Source: Nitrosopumilaceae archaeon
GTDB taxonomy: Archaea > Thermoproteota > Nitrososphaeria > Nitrososphaerales > Nitrosopumilaceae
Direction of reading: 5' to 3'
Length of the DNA stretch: 64,000 nucleotides
Assembly: GCA_965203465.1 (NCBI GenBank)
Contig: CBDBCR010000001.1
Span: 768,001-832,000, forward strand
This document shows, piece by piece, positions 48,136 to 58,317 of this stretch (positions within the stretch are counted from its first letter, which is position 1; every line of letters begins with the position of its first letter). A program made the translations under genes and the position numbers. The notes under the pieces were generated by a model, which saw only the letters and a program-made list of their open reading frames with translations, was not told the DNA's origin and did not search any database.

Positions 48136-49525
48136 CCGCACGGGCGTCGTGTCCCTCCTGTACTGGATCTGGGACGGCATAGACCGCACCATTTTCACCG
48201 CCATAAAGTTCTCGTTCCCCGCGCGCTTCGTGAGCCCGTTCGGGTTCCTCGGCATGCTCACGTTCATCGTCTTCGTGATACTGGGGATCTCGGGCGCGCT
48301 GCTCATGTTCTACTACCAGCCCATACTGGACAGGGCGTGGGACAGCGTGCAGTTCATCAACGACGAGGTGCCCTTCGGCTTCCACATACGCAACATACAC
48401 TACCACGGCTCCAACGCCATGGTGCTGCTGGCCGTCCTGCACATGTACTACCAGTACTTTAGCGGCCGCTACAAGATCCGCAACGAGATACTCTGGGTGA
48501 CAGGCGTGATACTGGGCGTGGTGACGATACTGGAGGCCTTTACGGGCTACGACGTCATATTCAGCGAGCGGGCCGAGCTTGCCATCAGCATCGCCGCCTC
48601 GCTGACAAACTCCATGCCGGTGATAGGGCCGGTGGTGCGCGACGCCATGTTCGGCAACGGGTTCTCCGACTTTGTGCTGCGCTTCTACGCGCAGCACGTG
48701 TTCCTGCTGCCCCTCGTGATGCTGGGCCTCATGGCCGTCCACTTTCCGCGGTTCCTCGTCTTCGACGTGCCCATGGTCATGGCCATCGGCGGGGCCATAC
48801 TGATAACCGGAGGGGTCTTCCCCATAGACCTGGGGTTCAAGTTCGACCCCAACGTGCCGCCCGGCATCACCGTCCCCGAGTGGTACCTGACCGGCATCTA
48901 CGCGTTCATGCGGACGCAGTACGACAAGTTCGTCACGGGCATGGCCTGGCCGCTCATATTCATAATCGCGCTGATACTGACTCCGTTCCTTGACCGCTAC
49001 AAAAAGTTCTCCTGGCGCGACCGCCCCCTGGTGACCGCCTTCGGCATAACGGGGATAGCGCAGGTCATGGTGACCACGTACTGGGGGTTCTACATATCGC
49101 CGGACACCAGCATAGACCTCGTCCAGAGGCTGGTCATAGACCCGGTGTTCCTGTACACCACGATGCTGCTGCTCGTGCCGGTCGGCTTTGGGTTCAGCTA
49201 CATGATGATAAAGATGTCAAAGGAGGCCGAGCGCAAGGCCAAACTGGCAAAGGCCAACGGGCCAAAGAAGGTGGCCGCCATCAACCTGTCCGAAAAGTGG
49301 GTCAACTGGGTGATAGTGGCCCTCATCGCGTTCCAGGTGTTCCTCAACATCGCCGCCTACAACGCGGCGCTGACCGGCATGAACAACCTCTCGCTGTTCT
49401 TCGTGGGGCTGGTGCTAATCGTCTTCGCCTCGCTGTTCCACGTGTACAGGTACGCCATGGCAAAGGCGAAGGAGGCGCCGCCGCCCCCGCCGGCGGCGGG
49501 CGTGCCGGAGCTGGCAAAGGCCTGA
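48116..49525 (+). CDS. petB: Cytochrome b/b6
   Basis: IRNIHYHGSN, LHMY, FTGY, RFYAQH, PEWY; multiple TM helices. Confidence 0.93.
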   Translation: MDASLNNRTGVVSLLYWIWDGIDRTIFTAIKFSFPARFVSPFGFLGMLTFIVFVILGISGALLMFYYQPILDRAWDSVQFINDEVPFGFHIRNIHYHGSNAMVLLAVLHMYYQYFSGRYKIRNEILWVTGVILGVVTILEAFTGYDVIFSERAELAISIAASLTNSMPVIGPVVRDAMFGNGFSDFVLRFYAQHVFLLPLVMLGLMAVHFPRFLVFDVPMVMAIGGAILITGGVFPIDLGFKFDPNVPPGITVPEWYLTGIYAFMRTQYDKFVTGMAWPLIFIIALILTPFLDRYKKFSWRDRPLVTAFGITGIAQVMVTTYWGFYISPDTSIDLVQRLVIDPVFLYTTMLLLVPVGFGFSYMMIKMSKEAERKAKLAKANGPKKVAAINLSEKWVNWVIVALIAFQVFLNIAAYNAALTGMNNLSLFFVGLVLIVFASLFHVYRYAMAKAKEAPPPPPAAGVPELAKA

Positions 49526-50455
49526 ATGGCCGGTTTCATGCGGTCCCTGCGCGAGCGGGCGCTGCTGCTGGACGGGGCCATGGGCACGCAGATACAGGAG
49601 CTCAACCCGTCGCCGTCGGACTTTCCGGGCGGCCGGGACGGGTTCAACGACGGGCTGGTCCTGACGCGCCCCGAGTGGATAGCCCGGATACACAAGAGCT
49701 ACCTGGAGGCGGGGGCCGACTGCATCGAGACCAACTCGTTCGGCTCCAACCGGATAAAGCTCGACGAGTACGGCATGGGGGACCGGACCGTCGAGCTAAA
49801 CGCAAAGACGGCCGGGCTTGCGCGCGAGGCGGCCGGCGCGTACCCGGGCACGCACGTGCTCGGCTCGATGGGCCCGTCGGGGTACCTGCCCAGCTCCGAC
49901 GATCCGGACCTGGGCCGAATGCCGCTGGGGCAGATACGCGAGGCGTTCCGGCTGCAGGCCCGCGGCCTCATGGAGGGGGGCGTGGACGCGCTGCTCATAG
50001 AGACCAGCCAGGATGTGCTGGAGGTAAAGCTTGCAATAGAGGCGTGCCACGAGGCCGGATCGCGCGAGCGGGGCGTGCCGGTCATCGCCAACGCCACGCT
50101 GGACAAGTACGGCAAGATGCTGCTGGGCACGCCGGTGCAGTCGGCGTACGCGACGGCCGCCGGCATGGGAATAGACGTCTTCGGGCTCAACTGCTCTACG
50201 GGGCCCGACGAGATGGAGCCGAGCATACGCTGGCTGGACGCCCATTCGTCCCACGACGTGCTCGTGGTGCCCAACGCGGGCATGCCCGAGAACGAGGGGG
50301 GGCGCGCCGTGTACCGCATGAACCCCGAGCAGATGGCCTCGTCGCTCGGCAGGATAATGGACGGCAACGGGCGCGTGAGGGCCGTGGGGGGCTGCTGCGG
50401 GACGGGGCCAGACCACATAGCGAGGCTGCGCGGCGCGCTCGACGAGCGCCGCTAG
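49526..50455 (+). CDS. metH: Methionine synthase, homocysteine-binding subunit (split MetH)
   Basis: LLDGAMGT, AGADCIETNSFG, GLNCSTGP, PNAGMP, GGCCGT. Confidence 0.93.
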   Translation: MAGFMRSLRERALLLDGAMGTQIQELNPSPSDFPGGRDGFNDGLVLTRPEWIARIHKSYLEAGADCIETNSFGSNRIKLDEYGMGDRTVELNAKTAGLAREAAGAYPGTHVLGSMGPSGYLPSSDDPDLGRMPLGQIREAFRLQARGLMEGGVDALLIETSQDVLEVKLAIEACHEAGSRERGVPVIANATLDKYGKMLLGTPVQSAYATAAGMGIDVFGLNCSTGPDEMEPSIRWLDAHSSHDVLVVPNAGMPENEGGRAVYRMNPEQMASSLGRIMDGNGRVRAVGGCCGTGPDHIARLRGALDERR

Positions 50456-50559
50456 CGGGCGCGGTATCCAGATGTTCGAAAGTCCCACACTCCCAAGCAG
50501 AACAAGACATCCATCACCGAGTATGATCGCCGACTATCCGGCCTGTTCAGCACTTTACC

Positions 50560-50893
50560 TTGTACGGCACCGTTTCTAGAACCACGCCGTTTTCCGGCGT
50601 TTTGAGCTTTGACTCCATCTTGCCTGCAAGCGAAGCCTCATGCTCTTGCTCGAACTGCCCCAAGCCCGCGTCGCCTTGCGGATCTCGGCCTCGACTTCAT
50701 CCTTCGTGTCGCTTATAGACCTTGGACGCGATCAGCACGTCCATCTCTTGCGGATCTCGGCCTCGACTTCATCCTTCGTGTCGCCCTCTGCTATCACGGC
50801 CGGAATCTGGAGAACGCGCCCGGTCAGGTTGCCGCCCTCGTGTTTCTTGAGCAGGTATGCGAACTCGTGCTCGCACCCAGAATGGTATCCCAT
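50560..50893 (-). pseudogene. HicB-like antitoxin relic with an internal duplication
   Basis: TGRVLQIPAVIAEGDTKDEVEAEIRK (HicB-like), stop, then DTKDEVEAEIRKA repeated; boundaries approximate. Confidence 0.6.
50675..50784. repeat. 38-bp perfect direct repeat flanking a 34-bp unique insert
   Basis: CTTGCGGATCTCGGCCTCGACTTCATCCTTCGTGTCGC at 50675-50712 and 50747-50784. Confidence 0.92.
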
Positions 50894-51097
50894 TACCACA
50901 ACCTCGGAGATGAACTGTTTAAGGCTATCGCGAGGATGTAGCGGCGCGGCAATTCGCCTCCAACGCTGAAGACGATCGCGTGCGGTCACCTTTGCCCTGA
51001 CAACTGTATATGCTGATCTGAGTATATCCCGAGCTGAGTATATACTGAAACGAGAATATACCGCAATAGTTATAGTGACAGTACGAGAGGTCTAGGC

Positions 51098-51580
51098 GTG
51101 GAGATCGTAGTCGGAGACATGGTGACGGGCGAAAACCTGCACGGCCGGGAGCGCGGCTCGGACGTTCTCTGGGAGCCGTATCTTATGCAGCTCGCGCCGG
51201 GCAATCGGCGAGACCGGCTACGGGCGCATGGAACCGACCGGCGACATGGCCGAAAAGGCGTACGAGGAGGCGGTGTGGGGAAAAGGGCGCAAATACTTTG
51301 CGTGGTACCGCGACAGACTTGGAGCAGAGTTTCCGTCCGACAGCTGCCGCCGGGCAGCCGATTACATTTTGGACAGCATGCAGCAGGCCGGTGCGCGGAT
51401 CTGGATCTGAAAATGGCGTTCCGCAACGAAGCGCAGTACGACGAGCCGGTCGAGTTCAGCCGCATAATCAACAAACTCCGGGACGGTTTCTACATCACGG
51501 GCGGTCCGACCTACGTGTTTGCCACCAAAATTCTGCGGTACTGGTGGGCAAGGGAGAGGGATCTTGATGCAGGTCTTTAA
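51098..51580 (+). pseudogene. Internally deleted, frameshifted archaeal/STAND-type ATPase
   Basis: N-terminal VGDMVTGENLHGRER joins directly to C-terminal-type PYLMQL...F..KILRYWW; no Walker motifs; middle portion in another frame (51228-51410). Confidence 0.6.
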
Positions 51581-53898
51581 GTTCACGCCGGACTTTATGG
51601 ACGCAGAGCAGATCGAGGCCATCGCCGTTGGCAGAAAGGGGCTCTTGTCCCACTCGGCGGGAAAGATACGCAACGCCGCGCGGGACGGGCGCACGATAAA
51701 CATGATATTTGTGGGGCCGCGCGGCATCGGCAAGAGCCACACGGCGCTTAGGTTGGCGTACGAGCTGAGTAGCGGAGGAGCAGTAACGCTGGCCCAGCTG
51801 TCGGAAGAAGAGTATTCCGTCTCGTCGCTGGAAGGGTTTTTCTCAAGGGTTCTGGACGTGCTGGGCGAGCAGGGCCCGAACGACGCAGAGCAAGGCCAGG
51901 GTGCCGTGGAGCGGGCCCGCGCGGTATTCGCAGAATACCGCAAGCGGGGCAGGCCGGTCGCGATACTGGCCGAAAACTTGCAGACGCTTTTTTCCGAGAT
52001 GGAGCAGGATCTGCCAACCCTGCGCTCGATAATACTGGAGGATCAGAGCTTTTTCATCATAGGGACTGCGCTGTCCGAATTTGATCAGATCACCTCGCCG
52101 GCGGCCGCGTTTTACAACTTTTTCGAGATAAACAGGCTGAGGGGCCTGAGTGCGGGCGAGATTGCCGAGCTGGTGGATCTGAGGCTGAAGGGGGCAGGCG
52201 AGGAGCCGCGCGGTTTTGACGTAAATCCGGCCGGGTTGCGCATACTGACCGGCGGAAACCCGAGGCTAGTCCACATGCTGTGCGACATAATGGTGCAGAA
52301 AAAGTCCGGCCACGATCTTGAAAAAGACTTGATGGGCATGCTGGACCGCCTGACCCCCTTTTACCAGGCGAGGGTGGAGGCCATGCCCCCGGAAAAACGC
52401 AGAGTCTTCGAGGCGCTGGCGCTCTCGGACGGCCCCTCCACGCCCACCGAGATCGCAGGCAGGATGGGGTCTAAAAACACTACCGTGACCGCGCACTTGG
52501 CGCGGCTCAGAAACGACGGGGTCGTCGAGAGGATAAAACTGCGGCGGAAAAAAGAGACCCGGTACCAGATAAGCGATCGCCTGTACCGGGTCTGGCGGGA
52601 GTTCAGGACGCGCGGCGGGAGGGCAAAGACGATCGCCTTCGTCAGGTTCCTGAAGTTGTGGTATTCACACGAGGGGCTGATAAAGGAATACGACAAAGAG
52701 TCAGATGCCTTGGCGTCCATGCCGACAAGAGATGCGGGCAGGGCGCGGCCCGTACTTTACGCAATGCGCTGCATCCTGAACGCGATGCCGGACGGATCCG
52801 ATCTTTTGGAGGACGCCGTGGGCAAATTCGCCGCCGCGGGAGACTACCGGGGAGCCGAATCTACAATCAAAGAGTTCCGAGACAAGAAAAAAGCCGAGTC
52901 GGGCAGCCTCTTGTCCGTGTACGGCGAGATCGTGGCCAAGAACGCAGAGCTGCGCTTAGTTCCGGACGGCCGGCGAAACGATCACGTCCGCCTCATCCGC
53001 GAAGACATCGCAAAAGCGGATCGCATGATCGAGGCATCCGAAAACACACACGACACGGAAACCTCGCACGCAGTCTCCAGGATAGTCAGATACGCCATGA
53101 AACTGGACTTGGATCTGGCCGGCGCCGTCAACGACCGCGCGCTCGCCCGTATAACAGAGTGCGAGCAGTGCAGGTGCTTTACGCACAACAAGATCTCGAT
53201 CATGGTTGCGCGCAACGACCGCGCCGGCGCCCTGAAAGCGGCCAACCGCGCCCTGAAAGCGAAACAGGATCCGAGCTTGATCGCACTGAGGGCCAGAATA
53301 CACACGTATACGGAATATACGCATATCTTCAACGATCTGGGAGCGGTGCTGCAGACGGTTGGCTCTCCGGGCAGACTCCCAGTATGCCTGCAGCAGTCGA
53401 TAGCTCCCGTCGATAGCTTCGGACATGTACGGTATGTTGCACGAGACGGTCTCCCAAATCGGGGCCATGGAACCAAAAGAGCGCGACGGCGTGGTCGAAT
53501 TCTTTTTGGCGTGCATGATCATCGCGCTGCACGGAGACGCGCCGGAAGGCGGAAACTCCGAAGTCATCGTAGGATGCATTAACCTGCTAAAGCCTCTGGT
53601 CACTTCCGACACAGTGTCTGGCCTCCCTTTGCGCTTTATCTTGGAACACAGCCGCGGCGCAGAGCGGGTCGGGCGCACGCTGGACGTCCTGTTCAAGGCG
53701 CTGGACCGGGACCAGCTCGGGGCGCTGCCGATCCTCAAACGCGCCGTCGACTACATACTGGCCAAAGACGCGGATTCACTGGAGCGCCTCCATCCGGAGC
53801 AGCGGGAGCTTGCCATCGAGATGATCTCGAAGATATCTCCCGACACTGGGATTCCGCAGGAGGCGCTGGATTCGGTGGGCTCGGGCAGGCGGCGTTAG
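51567..53898 (+). pseudogene. AAA/STAND ATPase with wHTH and TPR-like helices, frameshifted near 53.4 kb (ORFs 51567-53582 and 53425-53898)
   Basis: FTPDFM..VGR, GPRGIGKSH, TGGNPRL, TPTEIA..LARLRNDGVV; C-terminal LERLHPEQRE is in another frame. Confidence 0.65.
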
Positions 53899-53908
53899 AC
53901 GGGACGTT

Positions 53909-53957
53909 CATGCACGGGCGCGCCGGCCGGGCCATGCACGGGCGCGCCGGCCGGGCC
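53909..53957. repeat. 24-bp tandem duplication
   Basis: CATGCACGGGCGCGCCGGCCGGGC twice. Confidence 0.85.
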
Positions 53958-54007
53958 GCGGCGCCGGACGCTAGGTATTTACCAAAACGGCGCGCGCCGC
54001 GCGCACG

Positions 54008-56467
54008 TTGGAATTCATAAGCTCGGCGCTCGGCTCGGTGGCGCTGCGCCAAGAGCCGCCGCCCATGCTTATAGGCGAGCGGCTCAACGCGCAGGGCTCG
54101 CGCAGGGCCAAGCGCCTGGTCCTGGAGGGGGACATCGACGGGCTGGTCGACATCGCGAGGGACCAGGTGGAGGGGGGCGCGCACTGCCTCGACGTGTGCG
54201 TGGCCACCACCGAACGGTCCGACGAGCTGGAGATGATGGCCTCGCTGGTAAAGCGGCTCAGCCTCGAGGTCGAGGCGCCGCTGGTCATCGATTCTACGGA
54301 TCCGGCCGTGGTCGAGGAGGCGGTGCGGCGCACGCCGGGCCTGCCCATGATAAACTCGATAAACTTGGAGGGGGACGGGAGCAGGTTCTCAAGGCTCGCG
54401 CCGGTCATGAAAAAGTACGGCGTGCCGGCCGTCGCGCTGTGCATCGGGCCGGACGGCATGGCAAAGACGCCGGCGCAAAAGCTCGCCACGGCCCGGCTGC
54501 TACGCGGGGCCGGCGAGGAGCTCGGGCTGCGCGGCGGGCAGTACGTGTTCGACGTGCTCACCTTCACGCTCGGCACCGGCGAGGCCGAGTTCGCCGACGC
54601 CGGCAAGAGCACCCTCGAGGGCCTGCGCGCCGTAAAGGGGGAGTTTCCGGATTCCTTCACGACGCTGGGCCTGAGCAACGTCAGCTTTGGCCTGCAGCCG
54701 GCCGCGCGCAGGGCGCTAAACTCGGCGTTCCTGTACCACGCCGTCGAGCACGGCCTCGATTCTGCCATAGTCAACCCGCGCGAGATAACCCCGTACGCGC
54801 AGCTGGGCAGGGCGGACAGGGACGCGGCCGAAAAGCTCATCTACAACACCTCGGAGGGGGCCCTGGCCGAGTTCGTCGCGCGCTTCGATGGGGGCTCGGA
54901 GGCGGCCGGCGCGGCCGCCGAAAAGATAGACGCCTCGCTGCCGCCGGGCAGGCGCGCCAACCTGCGCATCGTCAACCGCGTGCGCGACGGCATAGAGCTG
55001 GACGTGGCCGCCGCCGTGGCAGAGCGCTCGTCGCTGCCCCTCTCGGGGGGCAGGCCCGAGGCGCCCGCCGAGGCCACGCACGAGGGGGCCATCGCCGTGC
55101 TCAACGAGGATCTGCTGCCGGCCATGAAGGAGGTCGGCGACAAGTTCGGCGCCGGCGAGCTGATACTGCCCTTCGTGCTGCGCTCTGCCGAGTGCATGAA
55201 GGCGGCCGTCTCGGAGCTGGAAAGGTACCTAGTCAAGGAAAAGGGCTCGACCAAGGGGCGGCTCGTGCTCGGGACCGTCTACGGCGACGTGCACGACATC
55301 GGCAAGAACCTGGTAAAGACCATATTCGAGAACAACGGGTACACCGTCTACGACCTGGGCAAGCAGGTGCCCGTCCAAAAGTTCGCCGACAAGATAGCCG
55401 AGGTGGGCGCCGACGCGGTCGGCCTCTCGGCGCTGCTCGTCTCCACGTCCAAGCAGATGGAGGAGTTCGTGGACAGGGCGCGCCTCGACGGCATGGGCGT
55501 GCCGGTGCTGTGCGGGGGGGCGGCCATAAACAGCTCTTACATCTACAGGATAGCCAAAAAGGGCGGCGTGTACGAGCCGGGCGTGTTCTACTGCAAGACC
55601 ATGTTCGAGGGGCTGCGGACCATGGACGCGCTCGTCTCGGGGGGCAGGGGCGAGCTGATGCGCGCCTGGCGGCAGAGGCTCGAGGCGTGGAAGCCGGCGC
55701 CGGCGAGGCCCGCGCCGGAAAAGCTGCCGCGCAGCTCTGTGCGGCCCGCGGAGCCGCCGGCGGCCCCGCGCCTGGCCGAGCCGGTGCGGTTGGGCCCCGA
55801 GGACATCGACATGGGGCAGGTCTGGGAGCTGATGGACGAAAAGGCGCTCATAAAGATGTCCTGGGGCGTGCAGGGCAGGGCAGGCGCCCCCCAGCAGGCC
55901 CCGCACGAGCAGATATTCCGCGAGTGGAAGGGGCGCGTGATAAATGAGGGGCTGCTAGAGCCGTCGGCGGTGTACTGCCACTTTGCCTGCTCTGCGCGCG
56001 GGCAGGTGCTCTCCGTAAAAGGGCCCGGCGGGGATGTCGACTTTGAGTTCCCGCGCTCGGCGCAGCCGAGACATCTGTGCCTGGCCGACTATTTCGGCGC
56101 CGACGACATCGTGGCCTTCCAGGCGGTCACTGCCGGCAGGCGCGTCTCGGATCTGGTGGGCGAGTGGAACGAGCGGGGCATGTACGCCGACGCGTACTAC
56201 CTGCACGGGATCGGGGTGCAGTTTGCAGAGGCGATGGCAGAGTGGGTCCACCGGAAGATACGCTCAGAGTGGGGCCGGCGCGGCGGCCTGCGGTACAGCT
56301 GGGGCTATGCAAGCTGCCCCGACGTGGCGCAACACGAGCTGGTCTGGAAGCTGCTGCGCCCGGAAAAGTCGGGCATGGAACTTACGGGGGCCGGCCAGAT
56401 AGTGCCCGAGCAGTCGACCGCCGCCGTGGTGGTGCACCACCCCGAGGCGACGTACTTTAGCCTCTAG
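54008..56467 (+). CDS. metH: Methionine synthase, pterin-binding, B12-binding and activation subunit
   Basis: IGERLNAQGSR, IDST, INSINLE, LSNVSFG, GDVHDIGKNLV, GLSALL, RYSWGY, PEQST. Confidence 0.93.
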   Translation: MEFISSALGSVALRQEPPPMLIGERLNAQGSRRAKRLVLEGDIDGLVDIARDQVEGGAHCLDVCVATTERSDELEMMASLVKRLSLEVEAPLVIDSTDPAVVEEAVRRTPGLPMINSINLEGDGSRFSRLAPVMKKYGVPAVALCIGPDGMAKTPAQKLATARLLRGAGEELGLRGGQYVFDVLTFTLGTGEAEFADAGKSTLEGLRAVKGEFPDSFTTLGLSNVSFGLQPAARRALNSAFLYHAVEHGLDSAIVNPREITPYAQLGRADRDAAEKLIYNTSEGALAEFVARFDGGSEAAGAAAEKIDASLPPGRRANLRIVNRVRDGIELDVAAAVAERSSLPLSGGRPEAPAEATHEGAIAVLNEDLLPAMKEVGDKFGAGELILPFVLRSAECMKAAVSELERYLVKEKGSTKGRLVLGTVYGDVHDIGKNLVKTIFENNGYTVYDLGKQVPVQKFADKIAEVGADAVGLSALLVSTSKQMEEFVDRARLDGMGVPVLCGGAAINSSYIYRIAKKGGVYEPGVFYCKTMFEGLRTMDALVSGGRGELMRAWRQRLEAWKPAPARPAPEKLPRSSVRPAEPPAAPRLAEPVRLGPEDIDMGQVWELMDEKALIKMSWGVQGRAGAPQQAPHEQIFREWKGRVINEGLLEPSAVYCHFACSARGQVLSVKGPGGDVDFEFPRSAQPRHLCLADYFGADDIVAFQAVTAGRRVSDLVGEWNERGMYADAYYLHGIGVQFAEAMAEWVHRKIRSEWGRRGGLRYSWGYASCPDVAQHELVWKLLRPEKSGMELTGAGQIVPEQSTAAVVVHHPEATYFSL

Positions 56468-57155
56468 ACAAAAACTCCAGCAGCCCGGCGTAGTCGGACG
56501 GCGAGCTGAGCAGAACGTCGCCGGTCAGCTCCTGCAGCTCTGCCAGCGTGCCGCCAAAGTCGTAGGATGTCTCGAGGCCTAGCATGCGCGCCGACGGCGC
56601 GTTCTTTTCCGACGGGAACATCAGCACCGGTATTATTTTGAAGCCGGGCAGGTGCGAGAGCAGGCCGCGCACCTGGCCGGCGGAGCTGACCACCTGCGTG
56701 ACGAAGCCGTCTGGGCGCGCGGCCGACTTTGCGTCTATGGCGCGCCCGGACGGCTCTGCCGGAATCGAAAGGTACGTCTTTAGGCCCGACCGGCGCAGCC
56801 GGGGCAGCGCGCGGCTGGGCCTTTGTCCAGAATCTTTTCCGCCGTCCCTGCGCGGATCGCCCATGACGGCCAGTATCCCCGAGACGCCGGCCTCGGAGCA
56901 CCTCTCGGCGAACTCGTCTATCTGGCCGGGATCCCTGTCGCGCACGCGCATGCTGACGGTAATCTCGACGCCGGGCGCCTCTATGGATGCGATGCCTGCT
57001 ATCTCGAGCGGCGAGACCCTCGGGCGGCCTAGCACGTTCTCGGTGATGTGGACGGCCCCGCAGTGCCTGGACATCTCCCTTATGCGCCGGACCGTCCGCT
57101 GCACGGCCCCCGAATCCGCCGAGACCTTGGGCGGGTTGACCTCGTACCTTATCAC
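56457..57155 (-). CDS. metF: Methylenetetrahydrofolate reductase-like protein
   Basis: YEVNPPK, HITEN, RVRDR, LAVMGDP, FVTQ; adjacent to metH. Confidence 0.8.
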   Translation of the reverse strand: MIRYEVNPPKVSADSGAVQRTVRRIREMSRHCGAVHITENVLGRPRVSPLEIAGIASIEAPGVEITVSMRVRDRDPGQIDEFAERCSEAGVSGILAVMGDPRRDGGKDSGQRPSRALPRLRRSGLKTYLSIPAEPSGRAIDAKSAARPDGFVTQVVSSAGQVRGLLSHLPGFKIIPVLMFPSEKNAPSARMLGLETSYDFGGTLAELQELTGDVLLSSPSDYAGLLEFLSRG

Positions 57156-57213
57156 GCACGCGCCCCCGGCGGGGCCCGATAAAACCTTTGAAGAGGGCCC
57201 GCCTGGGGCCCCC

Positions 57214-57717
57214 GTGGATCCGCGCGCCGTGCCGGTCTTGCCCGTGGGCACCTCCCGGCTGCCCCCCGGCTCGCCGTCGGCCGTGCTCGTGGCGCTGTAC
57301 GGCGAGGCGCCGCGCGTGCTGATGATAGTAAAGTCTGGCAAGCTGCGCCGGCACGCAGGCGAGGTGGCCTTTCCGGGGGGCCGGGCCGAGCCGCAGGACG
57401 CCGACCTGCTCGAGACGGCCCTGCGCGAGACGCGCGAGGAGCTGGGCCTCGAGGTTGAGCGCGCCCGCGTGCGCGGCGAGCTGGCGCCGGTCCGCACGCT
57501 CGGCTCCAACTTTGCGGTCATGCCCTTCGTGGCCGCGCTGGACAGGCTGCCCCAGCTGTCGCCTAGCGGCGAGGTGGACAGGGTGCTGCGCATACCGCTC
57601 GGGCCGCTGCTCGAAACCGCGGATCCCGAACGCGGCACGTTCGAGTTCGGGGGGCGCGTGATCTGGGGCGCGTCGGCGCGGATACTGCAGCAGCTGGCCG
57701 GCGGGGCGCGGGCGTGA
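57214..57717 (+). CDS. Nudix hydrolase (CoA pyrophosphatase type)
   Basis: SAVLV..LRRHAGEVAFPGG..TALRETREELG..IWGASARIL. Confidence 0.9.
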   Translation: MDPRAVPVLPVGTSRLPPGSPSAVLVALYGEAPRVLMIVKSGKLRRHAGEVAFPGGRAEPQDADLLETALRETREELGLEVERARVRGELAPVRTLGSNFAVMPFVAALDRLPQLSPSGEVDRVLRIPLGPLLETADPERGTFEFGGRVIWGASARILQQLAGGARA

Positions 57718-57745
57718 CGATCCCGGCAGCGGCCCGCGCATGTCG

Positions 57746-57928
57746 GGCCAACCCGGATTGAAGCGCGCAGTTGCCGGTCCGAGCAGTTCCCGTTCTGGCG
57801 GTCATGGAAGATTTCGCCCATGCCTGCCTGGCGTGTGGCGGGCGAGGCGGAATTTTCAACGCCTGCCAGAATGGGCATCTTTACCGGCGCAGGTCAGGCC
57901 AACCCGGATTGAAGCGCGCAGTTGCCGG
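57746..57928. repeat. 32-bp direct repeats (151-bp offset) enclosing an imperfect inverted repeat
   Basis: GGCCAACCCGGATTGAAGCGCGCAGTTGCCGG at 57746-57777 and 57897-57928. Confidence 0.85.
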
Positions 57929-58317
57929 GCCGCGCCAAGCAACGCCGGGCGGAGCGGAACGGGGGCGCGAAAGGCGCCGCGCGCCATCGGGCCAGGACTC
58001 GTTTCCCGCCGGTTTCGTATCCGGGCCGGCTCCGGGAGATCTGGAGAACAGAGGCGCACCGCCACGCGCACCGCACGCACGAGTGGCGGGCCGGGAGGCC
58101 GGGCCCGGTGTCCCGGGCTATGCCAGTCGGCTGCATCGTGCCGCCCGGCGCCGACTTTGCCGGCGCGTTCTGCCGCCCGGGGAGGCAGGCCCTCGCACTT
58201 GCCGCCGAACCCGCGAAAGCGCCGGAATCCGGCGCTGGGGGCGATTCGCGGGGGAATCTTGCGACTACCCCAGCCAAAACGCGCTCTTTATTACTCGCCG
58301 CGCTGAGGGCAGGAAAG

